A DNA stretch of 64,000 bases from an uncultured Candidatus Saccharibacteria bacterium. GTDB lineage: Bacteria > Patescibacteriota > Minisyncoccia > Phycocordibacterales > UBA9973. The notes beneath the pieces are model-generated. The model was not told the DNA's origin and ran no database searches. It saw nothing but the letters and a program-made list of their open reading frames with translations. Positions 16,191 through 26,119 of this stretch are shown here, piece after piece. The translations under genes and the position numbers were made by a program. Location: NCBI GenBank assembly GCA_964496425.1, contig CAZBZO010000002.1, forward strand, positions 130,450 through 194,449, written 5' to 3'. Each line of letters opens with the position of its first letter. Within the stretch, counting starts at the first letter, position 1.

Positions 16191-17576
16191 ATGCCAAAAA
16201 CATCTCTTCGCATTCCTCCACAAAGTATAGATTCAGAACGAGCCATTTTGGGCTCTATTATGCTGCGTCCGGGGGCACTTGGAGAAATTATCGATCTCAT
16301 CTCCCCGGTCACTTTTTATAGCCAAAAACATAGCCTGATCTATGAGACCATGCTTGACTTGTCGCTTAAAAATGAGCCTATTGATCTGGTATCGCTCACT
16401 CATCTTTTAAAAGAAAAGAAACTTCTAGAAAACATTGGCGGGAGTACATACATTACAGAATTAGTAAATACAGTACCGTCTTCTACAAACATTAAACACT
16501 ACGCTGAGATCGTCTACAAAAAATTTGTACTTAGAAGTTTGATCGATGCTGGTGAATTTATTTCCGAACTAGCCTTCAATGAAGGTACTGAAGCGATTGA
16601 TGAAGTTCTCGATTCTGCCGAGAAAAAAGTTTTTGCCGTGACTGACAGTCCAAAGGGCCAGCAGTTTATAAGCATCAAAGAAACTTTGACGACCGCATGG
16701 GAGCGTCTTGAGCGTCTTCATAACACTAAAGACGAGCTTCGCGGTATTCCGACTGGCTTTGCCAGCCTCGACAATCTTTTAGCAGGTTTTCAAAAATCTG
16801 ATCTTATCATTTTGGCGGCTCGACCTTCGATGGGTAAAACAACGCTGGCACTCGACATCGCCCGCTTGGTCGCTACGAAACACAATGTACCGGTAGGCAT
16901 CTTCTCTCTTGAAATGTCGTCTCAGCAGCTTGTAGATCGCATGCTTGCTGCTGATTCAAAAGTAAATGCCTGGAATCTTCGTACTGGTCGTCTTTCGGGA
17001 GATTCAGATTTTTCTAAGATTCGGGACTCGCTCGATAAACTTTCCAAGGCACCGATTTACATTGATGATCAATCTTCAAGTTCGATCCTCCGAATGCGTT
17101 CTGTGTCGCGTCGCTTGAAAGCCGAACACGGGCTTGGGCTTATTATTGTCGACTACCTCCAACTTATGACAACATCGAAAAATTACGACTCAATGGTCAA
17201 TCAAGTGACAGAAATTTCACGCTCCTTGAAGTCACTTGCTCGCGAGCTCGACGTGCCTGTACTTGCACTCTCTCAGCTTTCTCGTGCAGTTGAAGCTCGT
17301 GGTGGCAAACCACGTCTTTCTGACCTGCGTGATTCAGGATCAATCGAACAGGATGCCGACGTCGTCATGTTTATTCACCGTGAAGATAAGTACAATGAAA
17401 ATTCTGACAAACCAAACATTGCCGAGATATTGATTGAAAAACATCGTAATGGTCCGACAGGTAAGGTCGAACTCTTCTTCGATGAGCGGACAACAAGTTT
17501 CCTTGATCTTGAAAAATCAAATCTGACTGATTTTGCTGCCGCGTACAAAGACGAACCTGCTACTGAAGAGTTTTAA
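16191..17576 (+). CDS. dnaB: Replicative DNA helicase
   Basis: AARPSMGKT, SLEMS, VDYLQL, LRDSGSIEQDAD. Confidence 0.97.
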   Translation: MPKTSLRIPPQSIDSERAILGSIMLRPGALGEIIDLISPVTFYSQKHSLIYETMLDLSLKNEPIDLVSLTHLLKEKKLLENIGGSTYITELVNTVPSSTNIKHYAEIVYKKFVLRSLIDAGEFISELAFNEGTEAIDEVLDSAEKKVFAVTDSPKGQQFISIKETLTTAWERLERLHNTKDELRGIPTGFASLDNLLAGFQKSDLIILAARPSMGKTTLALDIARLVATKHNVPVGIFSLEMSSQQLVDRMLAADSKVNAWNLRTGRLSGDSDFSKIRDSLDKLSKAPIYIDDQSSSSILRMRSVSRRLKAEHGLGLIIVDYLQLMTTSKNYDSMVNQVTEISRSLKSLARELDVPVLALSQLSRAVEARGGKPRLSDLRDSGSIEQDADVVMFIHREDKYNENSDKPNIAEILIEKHRNGPTGKVELFFDERTTSFLDLEKSNLTDFAAAYKDEPATEEF

Positions 17577-17578
17577 TC

Positions 17579-18193
17579 ATGAACAATGCTATTGAAAAAC
17601 TTGCGAAACTTTTTGCGCGTTTCCCCGGCATTGGCGATAGGCAGAGTAAACGTTTTGTATATTTTTTGCTTCATCAAAACTCAGACTATCTCGAAGATAT
17701 CAAACGAGCAATTGGTGAACTTAAAAAACTTGTGCGCCAGTGCGAATCGTGCTTTGTGTATTTTGAATCTGACGGCCAAAAGTTGTGTGAAGTCTGCCGT
17801 GATCCAAAAACAAACTTAGAATCGATTTTAGTTGTAGAAAAAGATAGTGATTATGAAAGTATTCGCCGGAGCCGGACATATAAAGGTAGGTATTTTGTGC
17901 TTGGTGGACTTGTGCCGATAGTAGAAAAAGAAGTAGAGAAAGTTATCCGTCTCCGCGAACTTAAGCGTACAGTTGAAGAGCGATCCGGAGAAGGACTCAA
18001 AGAGGTAATCCTAGCCTTGTCCATTACTCCCCAAGGTGAGCATAGCGATGGCTATCTGCGACAAGCGCTTCGAGACATAGCCGAGAAAAATAATATAAAA
18101 ATATCAAGCTTTGGCCGCGGCCTCTCCACAGGTACCGAAATCGAATACTCTGACAACGAAACCCTTCGAAACGCCCTCGAAAATAGGCAATAA
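17579..18193 (+). CDS. recR: Recombination protein RecR
   Basis: HhH FPGIG, C4 zinc finger, Toprim VVE, YFVLGG. Confidence 0.93.
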   Translation: MNNAIEKLAKLFARFPGIGDRQSKRFVYFLLHQNSDYLEDIKRAIGELKKLVRQCESCFVYFESDGQKLCEVCRDPKTNLESILVVEKDSDYESIRRSRTYKGRYFVLGGLVPIVEKEVEKVIRLRELKRTVEERSGEGLKEVILALSITPQGEHSDGYLRQALRDIAEKNNIKISSFGRGLSTGTEIEYSDNETLRNALENRQ

Positions 18194-18239
18194 AATTTCC
18201 CTACTACCTATGCGATAGCAGGGAAATTGCTTGGCTTTC

Positions 18240-18926
18240 TCATTCTTTTTCTAAAACTGGGACACTGCTTATTAATTGATTACTCCATCTCATGTTCTTA
18301 TATACCTCCTCCATAATTTTACATTTGCGTTTTTTTGCTTGTAAAATTAAATCGTTTAAAAAAATATTGAGAACAGTTCCAGTTCCAGAAGTAGTTGCTG
18401 CATTTTTTAGTTTGACAGCAATATATATTTCTGTTATTGGATAGCGAGTAAGCCACATCTCCGATGCCGCATTGTGTGAAGTTATCTTGGCAATCATAGG
18501 ATCCTTAAATAATTTTAACAATAATGTAAAATCATTATCAGCCTTCGTAAGTAAATCCAAAAAAATGTCCTCATAACTTTCATCGTTGGCCATAATAAAT
18601 TTTTCTTTACCAGAAAATGATTTCCAGATCGAATACAACATGTTAAACTTTTCTTCTTTGGAAAAAGAAGATTCATCAAGTCGTTTCTTGTAGAAAGGAA
18701 AAATGATTGCGGCAGCTTTTCGATACCTTGATGAGTGTTTTTCAACTAATATAGAATGTAGCTGGGTAACATTTAAATGAAAAGCTTCCATTGCTAAGCA
18801 ACGTTTTGCTGACTTTCGACCAATGCAAAAGAAAGAACAGCACCTTTCAATCAATTTGTCGATCTTTGCTTTGGGTCCCAAGTTGTTATTCTTACGGGCC
18901 TGCTGGGGTTCATCTTTATGGAACAT
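18240..18926 (-). CDS. Hypothetical protein (ORFan)
   Basis: 228 aa AT-rich ORF with its own TTGACG-17-TAGTAT promoter. Confidence 0.65.
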   Translation of the reverse strand: MFHKDEPQQARKNNNLGPKAKIDKLIERCCSFFCIGRKSAKRCLAMEAFHLNVTQLHSILVEKHSSRYRKAAAIIFPFYKKRLDESSFSKEEKFNMLYSIWKSFSGKEKFIMANDESYEDIFLDLLTKADNDFTLLLKLFKDPMIAKITSHNAASEMWLTRYPITEIYIAVKLKNAATTSGTGTVLNIFLNDLILQAKKRKCKIMEEVYKNMRWSNQLISSVPVLEKE

Positions 18927-19018
18927 ACGGGATGTGGTTTTTAAGCGTTCGGTCGCATACTACTGCAAAAATGCCTTGTCGTCAAGGCAAGTAAAAACCC
19001 ACTTTCTTGAGTGGGTTT

Positions 19019-19342
19019 TTACTTGATTGCTGAGATTTTGATTTTTGTGAAAGGCTGTCGATGGCCGTTTTTCTTCAAATACCGGCTCTTTTGCTTATAT
19101 TTCATGACGATAACCTTTTTGGCTCGTCCTTGGGATTGGAAAATTCCTTCTACGCTGGCTCCGTCAATATATGGCATGCCAATAGTCGTATCTTTGCCGT
19201 TGTCTACCAAAAGCACTTTATCGAAGACTACTTTGTCCCCTGCTTTAAAGGCACCTGAAAGCTTCTCGACATTGAGAACGTCTCCCACGGCTACTTTATA
19301 TTGTTTTCCTCCTGTTTGAATAACAGCAAATTCCTCTGTCAT
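19019..19342 (-). CDS. rplU: 50S ribosomal protein L21
   Basis: FAVIQTGGKQYKV, GHRQPFT. Confidence 0.96.
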   Translation of the reverse strand: MTEEFAVIQTGGKQYKVAVGDVLNVEKLSGAFKAGDKVVFDKVLLVDNGKDTTIGMPYIDGASVEGIFQSQGRAKKVIVMKYKQKSRYLKKNGHRQPFTKIKISAIK

Positions 19343-19425
19343 ATAGGTGCGATTCTACCTGAAAGCCTTAGAAATTGCAAGCAGGCTTTAAAAATAAGCT
19401 TTACTGGGGTATACTCCAGAGAGCA

Positions 19426-20799
19426 ATGAAAGACGATACGGTGCTTAAAAAAATAGTCGAAGCCCCTTCGATCATTATCGAAAAAACCGAGGAGAAAGTG
19501 GCAGAGACAACAAGCAAACTCACTAAGAAAAGTGGTATAAGAACTCTCCAGCAGTTTTGGAAAAGTCTAGGCCCCGGCCTTGTAAGCGGAGCAGCAGATG
19601 ATGATCCTTCGGGCATAGCAACGTATTCACAAACTGGTGCTAAATACGGCTTCGGCCTTTTATGGCTCTCAGTATTCACTTTTCCTATGATGTCAGTGGT
19701 ACAGGAAACGTGCGCACGTATAGCACTTGTTTCAGGTCGTGGATTGGCAGCCAACATGAAGCGCGTATACGGAAAAAAAGTGCTTTTTTTTGCCACAGCG
19801 CTACTTTTCATTGCCAACACTTTCAATATCGGCGCTGACTTAGGTGCTATGGCCAAAAGCGTAGAGCTCGTTTTCCCAAAAGCAAATTTCTGGCTTGTCA
19901 TTATTTTTTTCGGTATTGGCGGACTGTTACTTGAAATATTCATTAGCTACAAAAATTATGCCAAATATCTGAAATGGATAACAATAGTGCTGTTTTCATA
20001 CATAGTTACCCTTATTATTATTCAGGTCCCTTTTGGAACACTTATTTCAAATCTTTTTTCAGTATCTATTACGGGTGGCATGGAGGAAGTTACGATGATT
20101 GTTGCAATATTAGGAACGACGATTTCCCCATATCTGTTTTTTTGGCAAAGTGGACAGGAGGTGGAGGAAGAAATAGCAGAGGGTAAAGTAACCATCAAAG
20201 AACGTGTAGGTGTAAGCGCAAGTGAGCTCAAGCGTATGAGAGTCGACGTGTGGACGGGAATGTTTTTTTCAAATTTTGTTATGTTTTCCATCATCGCTGT
20301 ATGCGCTACGACACTTTTTGCAAATGGCATCCACGACATTGGTTCAGCTGAGGAAGCTGCGTTAGCTCTTAAGCCATTTGCAGGAAATGCTGCCTACGTT
20401 CTCTTCGCGCTTGGTGTTATTGGCACTGGGTTACTCGCTATCCCCGTCCTCGCTGGCTCTACCGCATACGCAATCGCAGAAACGTTTGGCTGGAAAGAAG
20501 GACTAAATAAAAAACTGCCTCAAGCAAGAGCATTTTATGGGGTCATTATTATTTCTATCGTTGCCGGAATTGCCCTCAACGCATTTGGCGTAAATCCGAT
20601 AAAAGGCTTGGTGTACGCTGCTATTTTAAATGGAATCGTCGCGCCTGTTATACTTTTTTTTATCATGAGACTTGGGAGTAATAAAAAAATAATGGGCACA
20701 GCAAGAAGCAAACCTCTTACCGTTATCGTCGGTTGGGCGACAACTTTCGTTATGGCTTCCGGCGCACTGTACGTTATTATTTCTTATTTTTTATCTTAA
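19426..20799 (+). CDS. NRAMP-family divalent metal transporter (start reassigned)
   Basis: LGPGLVSGAADDDPSGIATYSQ, GTTISPY; about 11 TM. Confidence 0.9.
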   Translation: MKDDTVLKKIVEAPSIIIEKTEEKVAETTSKLTKKSGIRTLQQFWKSLGPGLVSGAADDDPSGIATYSQTGAKYGFGLLWLSVFTFPMMSVVQETCARIALVSGRGLAANMKRVYGKKVLFFATALLFIANTFNIGADLGAMAKSVELVFPKANFWLVIIFFGIGGLLLEIFISYKNYAKYLKWITIVLFSYIVTLIIIQVPFGTLISNLFSVSITGGMEEVTMIVAILGTTISPYLFFWQSGQEVEEEIAEGKVTIKERVGVSASELKRMRVDVWTGMFFSNFVMFSIIAVCATTLFANGIHDIGSAEEAALALKPFAGNAAYVLFALGVIGTGLLAIPVLAGSTAYAIAETFGWKEGLNKKLPQARAFYGVIIISIVAGIALNAFGVNPIKGLVYAAILNGIVAPVILFFIMRLGSNKKIMGTARSKPLTVIVGWATTFVMASGALYVIISYFLS

Positions 20800-20817
20800 C
20801 GGTATACTAGACACATC

Positions 20818-21729
20818 ATGCTTTCAAAATATTCATACAAAAAACTTACGTGGATAGATCTCGAGTGCCCGACCAAAGACGAGGTTGCGCTCCTCGCTGA
20901 AACATATGACGTGCATCCTTTGGTCGCTGAAGAGCTTACCCGCCAGACTGAGCGAGCAAAAGTCGACATGTACCACAATAGTCTCTACTTGGTCCTTCAC
21001 TTCCCAGTGGTACAACATGTCGACAAGACAGTTAAGATAGTTGAGATTGATTTTGTTATCGGCCAAAATTTTCTTATTACAACTCACTTTGATGCTATAG
21101 ATCCACTGCATGAATTTGCAAAGCTTTTTGAAGTGCATTCTATACTTGATCGCAGTGCCGACCTCACTCACGCAGGATTTCTTTTCTTTTACGTTATAAA
21201 AGAGCTGTATAAGCATTGTCTCCTGGAGCTTGAACGCATTGAGGAAGAGCTACAGAGTATTGAGAAATTTATTTTCAATGGAAACGAGAGAGGGATGGTG
21301 GTAGAGCTTTTGAAACTCAACCGCAGTCTGATTGATTTTCGTGAAGCTATACGGTTTCATGGCGAGACGTTGAGGTCATTTGAAATCGCTGGGAAAAAAT
21401 TTTATGGCGATGACTTTACCTATTACCTATCTGCGATCTCCGGCGAATTTCAGCGCGTAGAAAATATATTCCACGACCATAAGCAAGTATTGAACGACTT
21501 GCGGAAAACCAACGACGCCTTACTTGCCCACCGAACCAACGAAACCATGAAGCTCCTCACTATTTTATCGTTTATCACCTTCCCGCTTTCGCTTGTCGCT
21601 GCGTTACTCGCTATGATTACCCATGTGCCTATCATAGAAACACAAGATGGGTACCTTAAAGTCATTGGGGGGATGATTCTACTTGCTATTATTATGATTC
21701 TGTATTTTCGGAAACGCCGATGGCTCTAA
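20818..21729 (+). CDS. corA: CorA-family Mg2+ transporter
   Basis: WIDL..P, HPL, NETMKLLT, two C-terminal TM; GMN motif degenerate (AMI). Confidence 0.8.
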   Translation: MLSKYSYKKLTWIDLECPTKDEVALLAETYDVHPLVAEELTRQTERAKVDMYHNSLYLVLHFPVVQHVDKTVKIVEIDFVIGQNFLITTHFDAIDPLHEFAKLFEVHSILDRSADLTHAGFLFFYVIKELYKHCLLELERIEEELQSIEKFIFNGNERGMVVELLKLNRSLIDFREAIRFHGETLRSFEIAGKKFYGDDFTYYLSAISGEFQRVENIFHDHKQVLNDLRKTNDALLAHRTNETMKLLTILSFITFPLSLVAALLAMITHVPIIETQDGYLKVIGGMILLAIIMILYFRKRRWL

Positions 21730-23075
21730 AACTCTACAATACTCTTTCTCGATCAGAGGAACTTTTCATTCCGATAAAAAATGATTCCGTAAGTCTCTAC
21801 ACGTGCGGACCAACAGTCTACAACTACCCCCACATTGGCAACTACCGTGCATATATTTTTGGCGATACGCTCAAGCGTGTACTCACCTACGCAGGCTACG
21901 ATGTTGATCACATTATGAATCTCACTGATATTGATGATAAAACCATCCGAGATTCACAAAAAGCTGGTAAATCACTCAAAGAGTTTACAGAGTACTTTAC
22001 GGAGGAGTTCTACAAGGATCGTGATGCACTCAATATCGTTCCCGCAAAAACCTATACCAAAGCTACGGAGTATATACCAGAAATGGTAGCGATGATCGAA
22101 ATATTGCTAAAAAAAGGTGTTGCCTATAAAGGTGATGATGGCAGTGTGTATTTTTCAATTGCTAAAGATCCTGATTACGGCAAGCTCACTCATATTAAAA
22201 AAGAAGAACTTTCACAAAATGCCAGCGGGCGTTTGCGCCAAGATGAGTATGACAAGGATAACGTGCAGGATTTTGCTCTTTGGAAGGCATGGGATAGTAC
22301 TGATGGTGATGTATTTTGGGAGACAACTTTAGGTAAGGGTAGGCCAGGCTGGCATATTGAGTGCTCTGCCATGAGCATTGCTACGCTTGGAGAGACTATT
22401 GATATCCACACTGGTGGCCTTGATAATATGTTTCCGCATCATGAAAATGAAATCGCCCAGTCAGAAAGTACAACCGGCAAAACATTTGTAAAATACTGGA
22501 TGCATAATGCCTGGCTCTTGGTTGACGGTAAAAAAATGGCAAAGTCACTTGGCAATTTTTATACGCTTCGTGACCTGACCGAAAAAGGATTCGACCCCCT
22601 TTCTTATCGCTATCTTACTCTTATCACCCACTATCGTACTCCTCTCAACTTTACTTTTGACGCTCTCCAGGCTGCCGAAAATGCATTACATAAGCTATAC
22701 CAAACATATGAAGAACTACCAGAGAAACAAGGTACTGTTGTCTCGGGGTACCAAGAAAAATTCAAAGCGGGTATAGAAAATGATCTTGGCACCCCAACAG
22801 CGCTCGCAGTAGTATGGGAACTTGTAAAAGACAACGCCATTGCGCCAGAAGATAAACGTACGACACTTCTTGATTTTGATCGCGTCCTAGGCTTTGGCCT
22901 TACAGATCGCAAAAAAGAAATAATACCGGAGCAAGTGCAAAAACTTGCTGACGAGCGAGAAATGGCACGCCAAGAAAAAAATTGGGCACGTGCTGACGAG
23001 CTTCGTAAAGAAATTGAAGACAATGGATACACGGTAAAGGATTCTGAGATCGGGCCGAAAATTTCTAAACTTTAA
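21720..23075 (+). CDS. cysS: Cysteine--tRNA ligase
   Basis: CGPTVY..HIGN, GRPGWHIECSAM, KMAKS. Confidence 0.96.
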   Translation: MALKLYNTLSRSEELFIPIKNDSVSLYTCGPTVYNYPHIGNYRAYIFGDTLKRVLTYAGYDVDHIMNLTDIDDKTIRDSQKAGKSLKEFTEYFTEEFYKDRDALNIVPAKTYTKATEYIPEMVAMIEILLKKGVAYKGDDGSVYFSIAKDPDYGKLTHIKKEELSQNASGRLRQDEYDKDNVQDFALWKAWDSTDGDVFWETTLGKGRPGWHIECSAMSIATLGETIDIHTGGLDNMFPHHENEIAQSESTTGKTFVKYWMHNAWLLVDGKKMAKSLGNFYTLRDLTEKGFDPLSYRYLTLITHYRTPLNFTFDALQAAENALHKLYQTYEELPEKQGTVVSGYQEKFKAGIENDLGTPTALAVVWELVKDNAIAPEDKRTTLLDFDRVLGFGLTDRKKEIIPEQVQKLADEREMARQEKNWARADELRKEIEDNGYTVKDSEIGPKISKL

Positions 23076-23126
23076 ATTCAAACCAAAAAATAAAGAACTG
23101 CATGTAAATAATATATGCAGTTCTTG

Positions 23127-23663
23127 TTATGACAAAAATAATTGAGATATAGTTTGGCCGACATAAAACAAAATTTCTTTTAAAAGTACTCCGGTAACAA
23201 AAATATAAGTTACCGTTAGAATTATTCCTAAAGAAAAATTCCTAACATCTTTTCTCTGACTTAAACCATTATATCTGTGGAACCCCGTACGAAAATAAAT
23301 AGTTCCCAAAAATGGGTTAACCGTCAAAATATAAAAGAAAACAAAATTTGCACCAAATTTTTTGGAAAAATTTACAATTAATTCTGCAATTTTTCCTTTT
23401 GGCTCAATCTCCCCTTCCTTAGCAGCTTTGAGTCGCTCAATAAAGAAAATGTCTACTTTATACCAATCGTATAAAAATAAACAACTTCCAAAAAATATGA
23501 TCGACGAAAGTGTGATAAGGGCAGCCGCGCAGACGGGCTCGTACATGTAAATAATGCGCATACAAAGCCCTCGGGCAAAAGATAGATTTAGGAGCCAATT
23601 TATAAAAAAACCAGCTGCAAATGTACTGATTGATCTTTCGGGCAACTTTGGCATCCGAACCAT
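23127..23663 (-). CDS. Hypothetical membrane protein (start uncertain)
   Basis: Hydrophobic ORF; promoter TTGCGG-17-CATACT near 23746-23774 suggests a start at MVRMPK. Confidence 0.55.
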   Translation of the reverse strand: MVRMPKLPERSISTFAAGFFINWLLNLSFARGLCMRIIYMYEPVCAAALITLSSIIFFGSCLFLYDWYKVDIFFIERLKAAKEGEIEPKGKIAELIVNFSKKFGANFVFFYILTVNPFLGTIYFRTGFHRYNGLSQRKDVRNFSLGIILTVTYIFVTGVLLKEILFYVGQTISQLFLS

Positions 23664-23825
23664 ACTGTATGGATTTGAAAGTATATGTTGTGTGTGCCCA
23701 CAACACGGAAGCTTACCGTTCTCCACGGTAAAAGAATTCGAGGCAAGTATGGCATGAGTGCCGACTTTCCGCAATATAAAATACCGAGCACTATGCTCAG
23801 TATTTTATATTTCAAAAAATATTTT

Positions 23826-24908
23826 CTAGATCCCTTCTTCCTTGAGCTTTTCTACCAGTTCATGAGACTTACGCGAAAGTTTAGTCGGTATTTTGATATG
23901 GAGTTTGATAAGAAGATCACCTCGTTTAGTGCGTGGATTTGGCACACCTTTTTCTCGCACGCGTAATATTTCGTTTGGTGATACACCCTCTGGAATCTTT
24001 ACTGAGATTGACCCGTCGAGTGTTTGAATCTCATGAGTAGCGCCCAAAAGAGCTTCAGTCAATTTAATATTGAGATCCATGACCAGATTGTGGCCTTCAC
24101 GCTTAAAGACGGGATGGGTAGTAACATTCACTTTAATATACAAATCTCCGGTCGTACCTTTTGCTACAGCTTCTCCCATACCAGAGAGTCGGATCATTTC
24201 ACCATCATTCATACCAGCAGGAATCTTAATTTCTACTTCCTGTTGACGTCTCAAGACGCCCAAGCCTTTACAAGTATCACACTTTTCTTTTGGCACTTCA
24301 CCTACGCCACCGCAGTTATCACAAATTTTATTGGTGCTAAAGGTACCCAAAAATGAACGCTTAGTTTCATGGACTTGGCCTTTGCCGTTGCACTGTTTGC
24401 AGGTTTCCATTTTTGTGTGAGGCTTTGCACCATTTCCACTACACGTCTCACAGGTAGAGGTTTTGGTAAGGAGCACTTTTCTCACAACGCCAAAAATTGC
24501 TTCCGAAAAAGAAATTGTGATCTCAGTGGAAATATCACGGCCACGGCGTGCTTGCGGCCGCATGCCGCCGCCAGCAAAAAACTCAGAGAAAATATCTCCA
24601 ATATCACCCATATCAAATCCCTGGCCATTTTGAAATCCTGAAAAATCAAAACCGTAAGCGTTTGGATCAAAGCCAGCTCCTCCAACTGGGCCATTTGCAT
24701 ACCCGCTACCGAACTGGTCGTATTTAGCCCTTTTTTGGTCATCGTAGAGGGTCTGATAGGCTTCGTTGACCTCCTTAAATTTCTTATCGTCGCCAGCATT
24801 TTTATCGGGATGGAACTTATGAGCCAGCTTATGAAAAGCCTTTTTTATTTCGTCTTTTGAGGCGCTTTTTTCCACGCCAAGTATTTCATAGTAGTCTTTG
24901 TTCGCCAT
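23826..24908 (-). CDS. dnaJ: Chaperone DnaJ
   Basis: J domain HPD, G/F region, four CxxCxGxG repeats. Confidence 0.97.
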   Translation of the reverse strand: MANKDYYEILGVEKSASKDEIKKAFHKLAHKFHPDKNAGDDKKFKEVNEAYQTLYDDQKRAKYDQFGSGYANGPVGGAGFDPNAYGFDFSGFQNGQGFDMGDIGDIFSEFFAGGGMRPQARRGRDISTEITISFSEAIFGVVRKVLLTKTSTCETCSGNGAKPHTKMETCKQCNGKGQVHETKRSFLGTFSTNKICDNCGGVGEVPKEKCDTCKGLGVLRRQQEVEIKIPAGMNDGEMIRLSGMGEAVAKGTTGDLYIKVNVTTHPVFKREGHNLVMDLNIKLTEALLGATHEIQTLDGSISVKIPEGVSPNEILRVREKGVPNPRTKRGDLLIKLHIKIPTKLSRKSHELVEKLKEEGI

Positions 24909-24984
24909 AGTAAGGTTAGTATAGCAAAAAATTTTTGATTTACAAAATGATTATTTTAAGGTATGGTGAAAGAAAACGACTGTT

Positions 24985-25641
24985 ATGAAAAACGATAATG
25001 ATTCATTTAAAAAAATTTATATTTTCCCCAGCACAGAAACAAATGGATACTTAGCAAATTTGGAAAGTACAGTAGGTTTTGGGGCAACGTTTCATCCTGC
25101 AATGAAATGTTCTAACGGTATATTCCCGGTTTGGTATGTAAACGACGAAACACTTGCTCGGTTACTGCAAATGGAAGAAAAAGAGAAGATTTATTTTACT
25201 GTCTTCAAGCAGGATCACCCTGATCAAGAGCCCTATCCATATAATGTAAAAATACCGACGGCAAAAAACAAGAAAGATTCTTTGTATCTCCATTCAATAT
25301 CAGATGATCCTTTAGCGAATCTTAGAATTATCTATAAAACGGTAAATCGATGGAACAAATTAAAGCCAGCTGTTAATTATTGGTTTGACTACTTAGCAAT
25401 GGCGGAACTTTGGATGTCAAAAGACGAAAAACTTAGGACAAAAGGACTTTCTGCCCTGATTCACAGAATCACACACGGTAACTATCACGAAATTGTTGTT
25501 GATGGGGAAATAATTAGCGAAACAATGGGGACACTGATTATTATGGCTCTCAAAGTAGGGGTGAAAGTGAGGCCTTTTCAGAATAATGCAGTCATGAGAA
25601 AAAAATTACCAATCTATATTGGAACTATTGCAACTAAATAA
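24985..25641 (+). CDS. Hypothetical protein (ORFan)
   Basis: 218 aa; own promoter TTTACA-17-TATGGT and downstream terminator. Confidence 0.65.
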   Translation: MKNDNDSFKKIYIFPSTETNGYLANLESTVGFGATFHPAMKCSNGIFPVWYVNDETLARLLQMEEKEKIYFTVFKQDHPDQEPYPYNVKIPTAKNKKDSLYLHSISDDPLANLRIIYKTVNRWNKLKPAVNYWFDYLAMAELWMSKDEKLRTKGLSALIHRITHGNYHEIVVDGEIISETMGTLIIMALKVGVKVRPFQNNAVMRKKLPIYIGTIATK

Positions 25642-25710
25642 GCTTCAATAGATAAAGAAAGGATTTCTTGCAAATGACCTCGACAATCGGGGTCATTTTA
25701 TTTTATAAAA

Positions 25711-26082
25711 CTAAGAGGCCATTCGATCTTTAGCGATCTTAATTTCCGCGGGAAGTTCAATAGTTTTATAATATGCCACCCAATAGGCGTCTTTGGCATC
25801 TTTAGATTTTTTTTCTTTTAGGCTATCAGTAAATTTTAATAAAATTTCATACTTCTTAAGAGCTTCCGATAATTTTACAGGATCATTTTTATCTATTTCT
25901 AAAAGTCGTGCTTCTTTTTCAAGCGCTCTTAATTTTTCAAGCTCGTCAGGAGAAACTTCACTTATGCGGCCTTGCTCTAAAACACCTGGTGGTAGCAAGA
26001 TTTCTGTAGGAGTATTTTGTGTCGATTCCGGTTCATCTTCCTCATAGTCCCCGTCAGGGATATAACTTTCTGCTCTAAACAT
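25711..26082 (-). CDS. Hypothetical acidic/charged protein
   Basis: About 123 aa ORF with a -10-like TATATT 6 nt upstream. Confidence 0.55.
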   Translation of the reverse strand: MFRAESYIPDGDYEEDEPESTQNTPTEILLPPGVLEQGRISEVSPDELEKLRALEKEARLLEIDKNDPVKLSEALKKYEILLKFTDSLKEKKSKDAKDAYWVAYYKTIELPAEIKIAKDRMAS

Positions 26083-26119
26083 ATACAAAATATATCATTC
26101 AATGATTAAAATCCCTATG

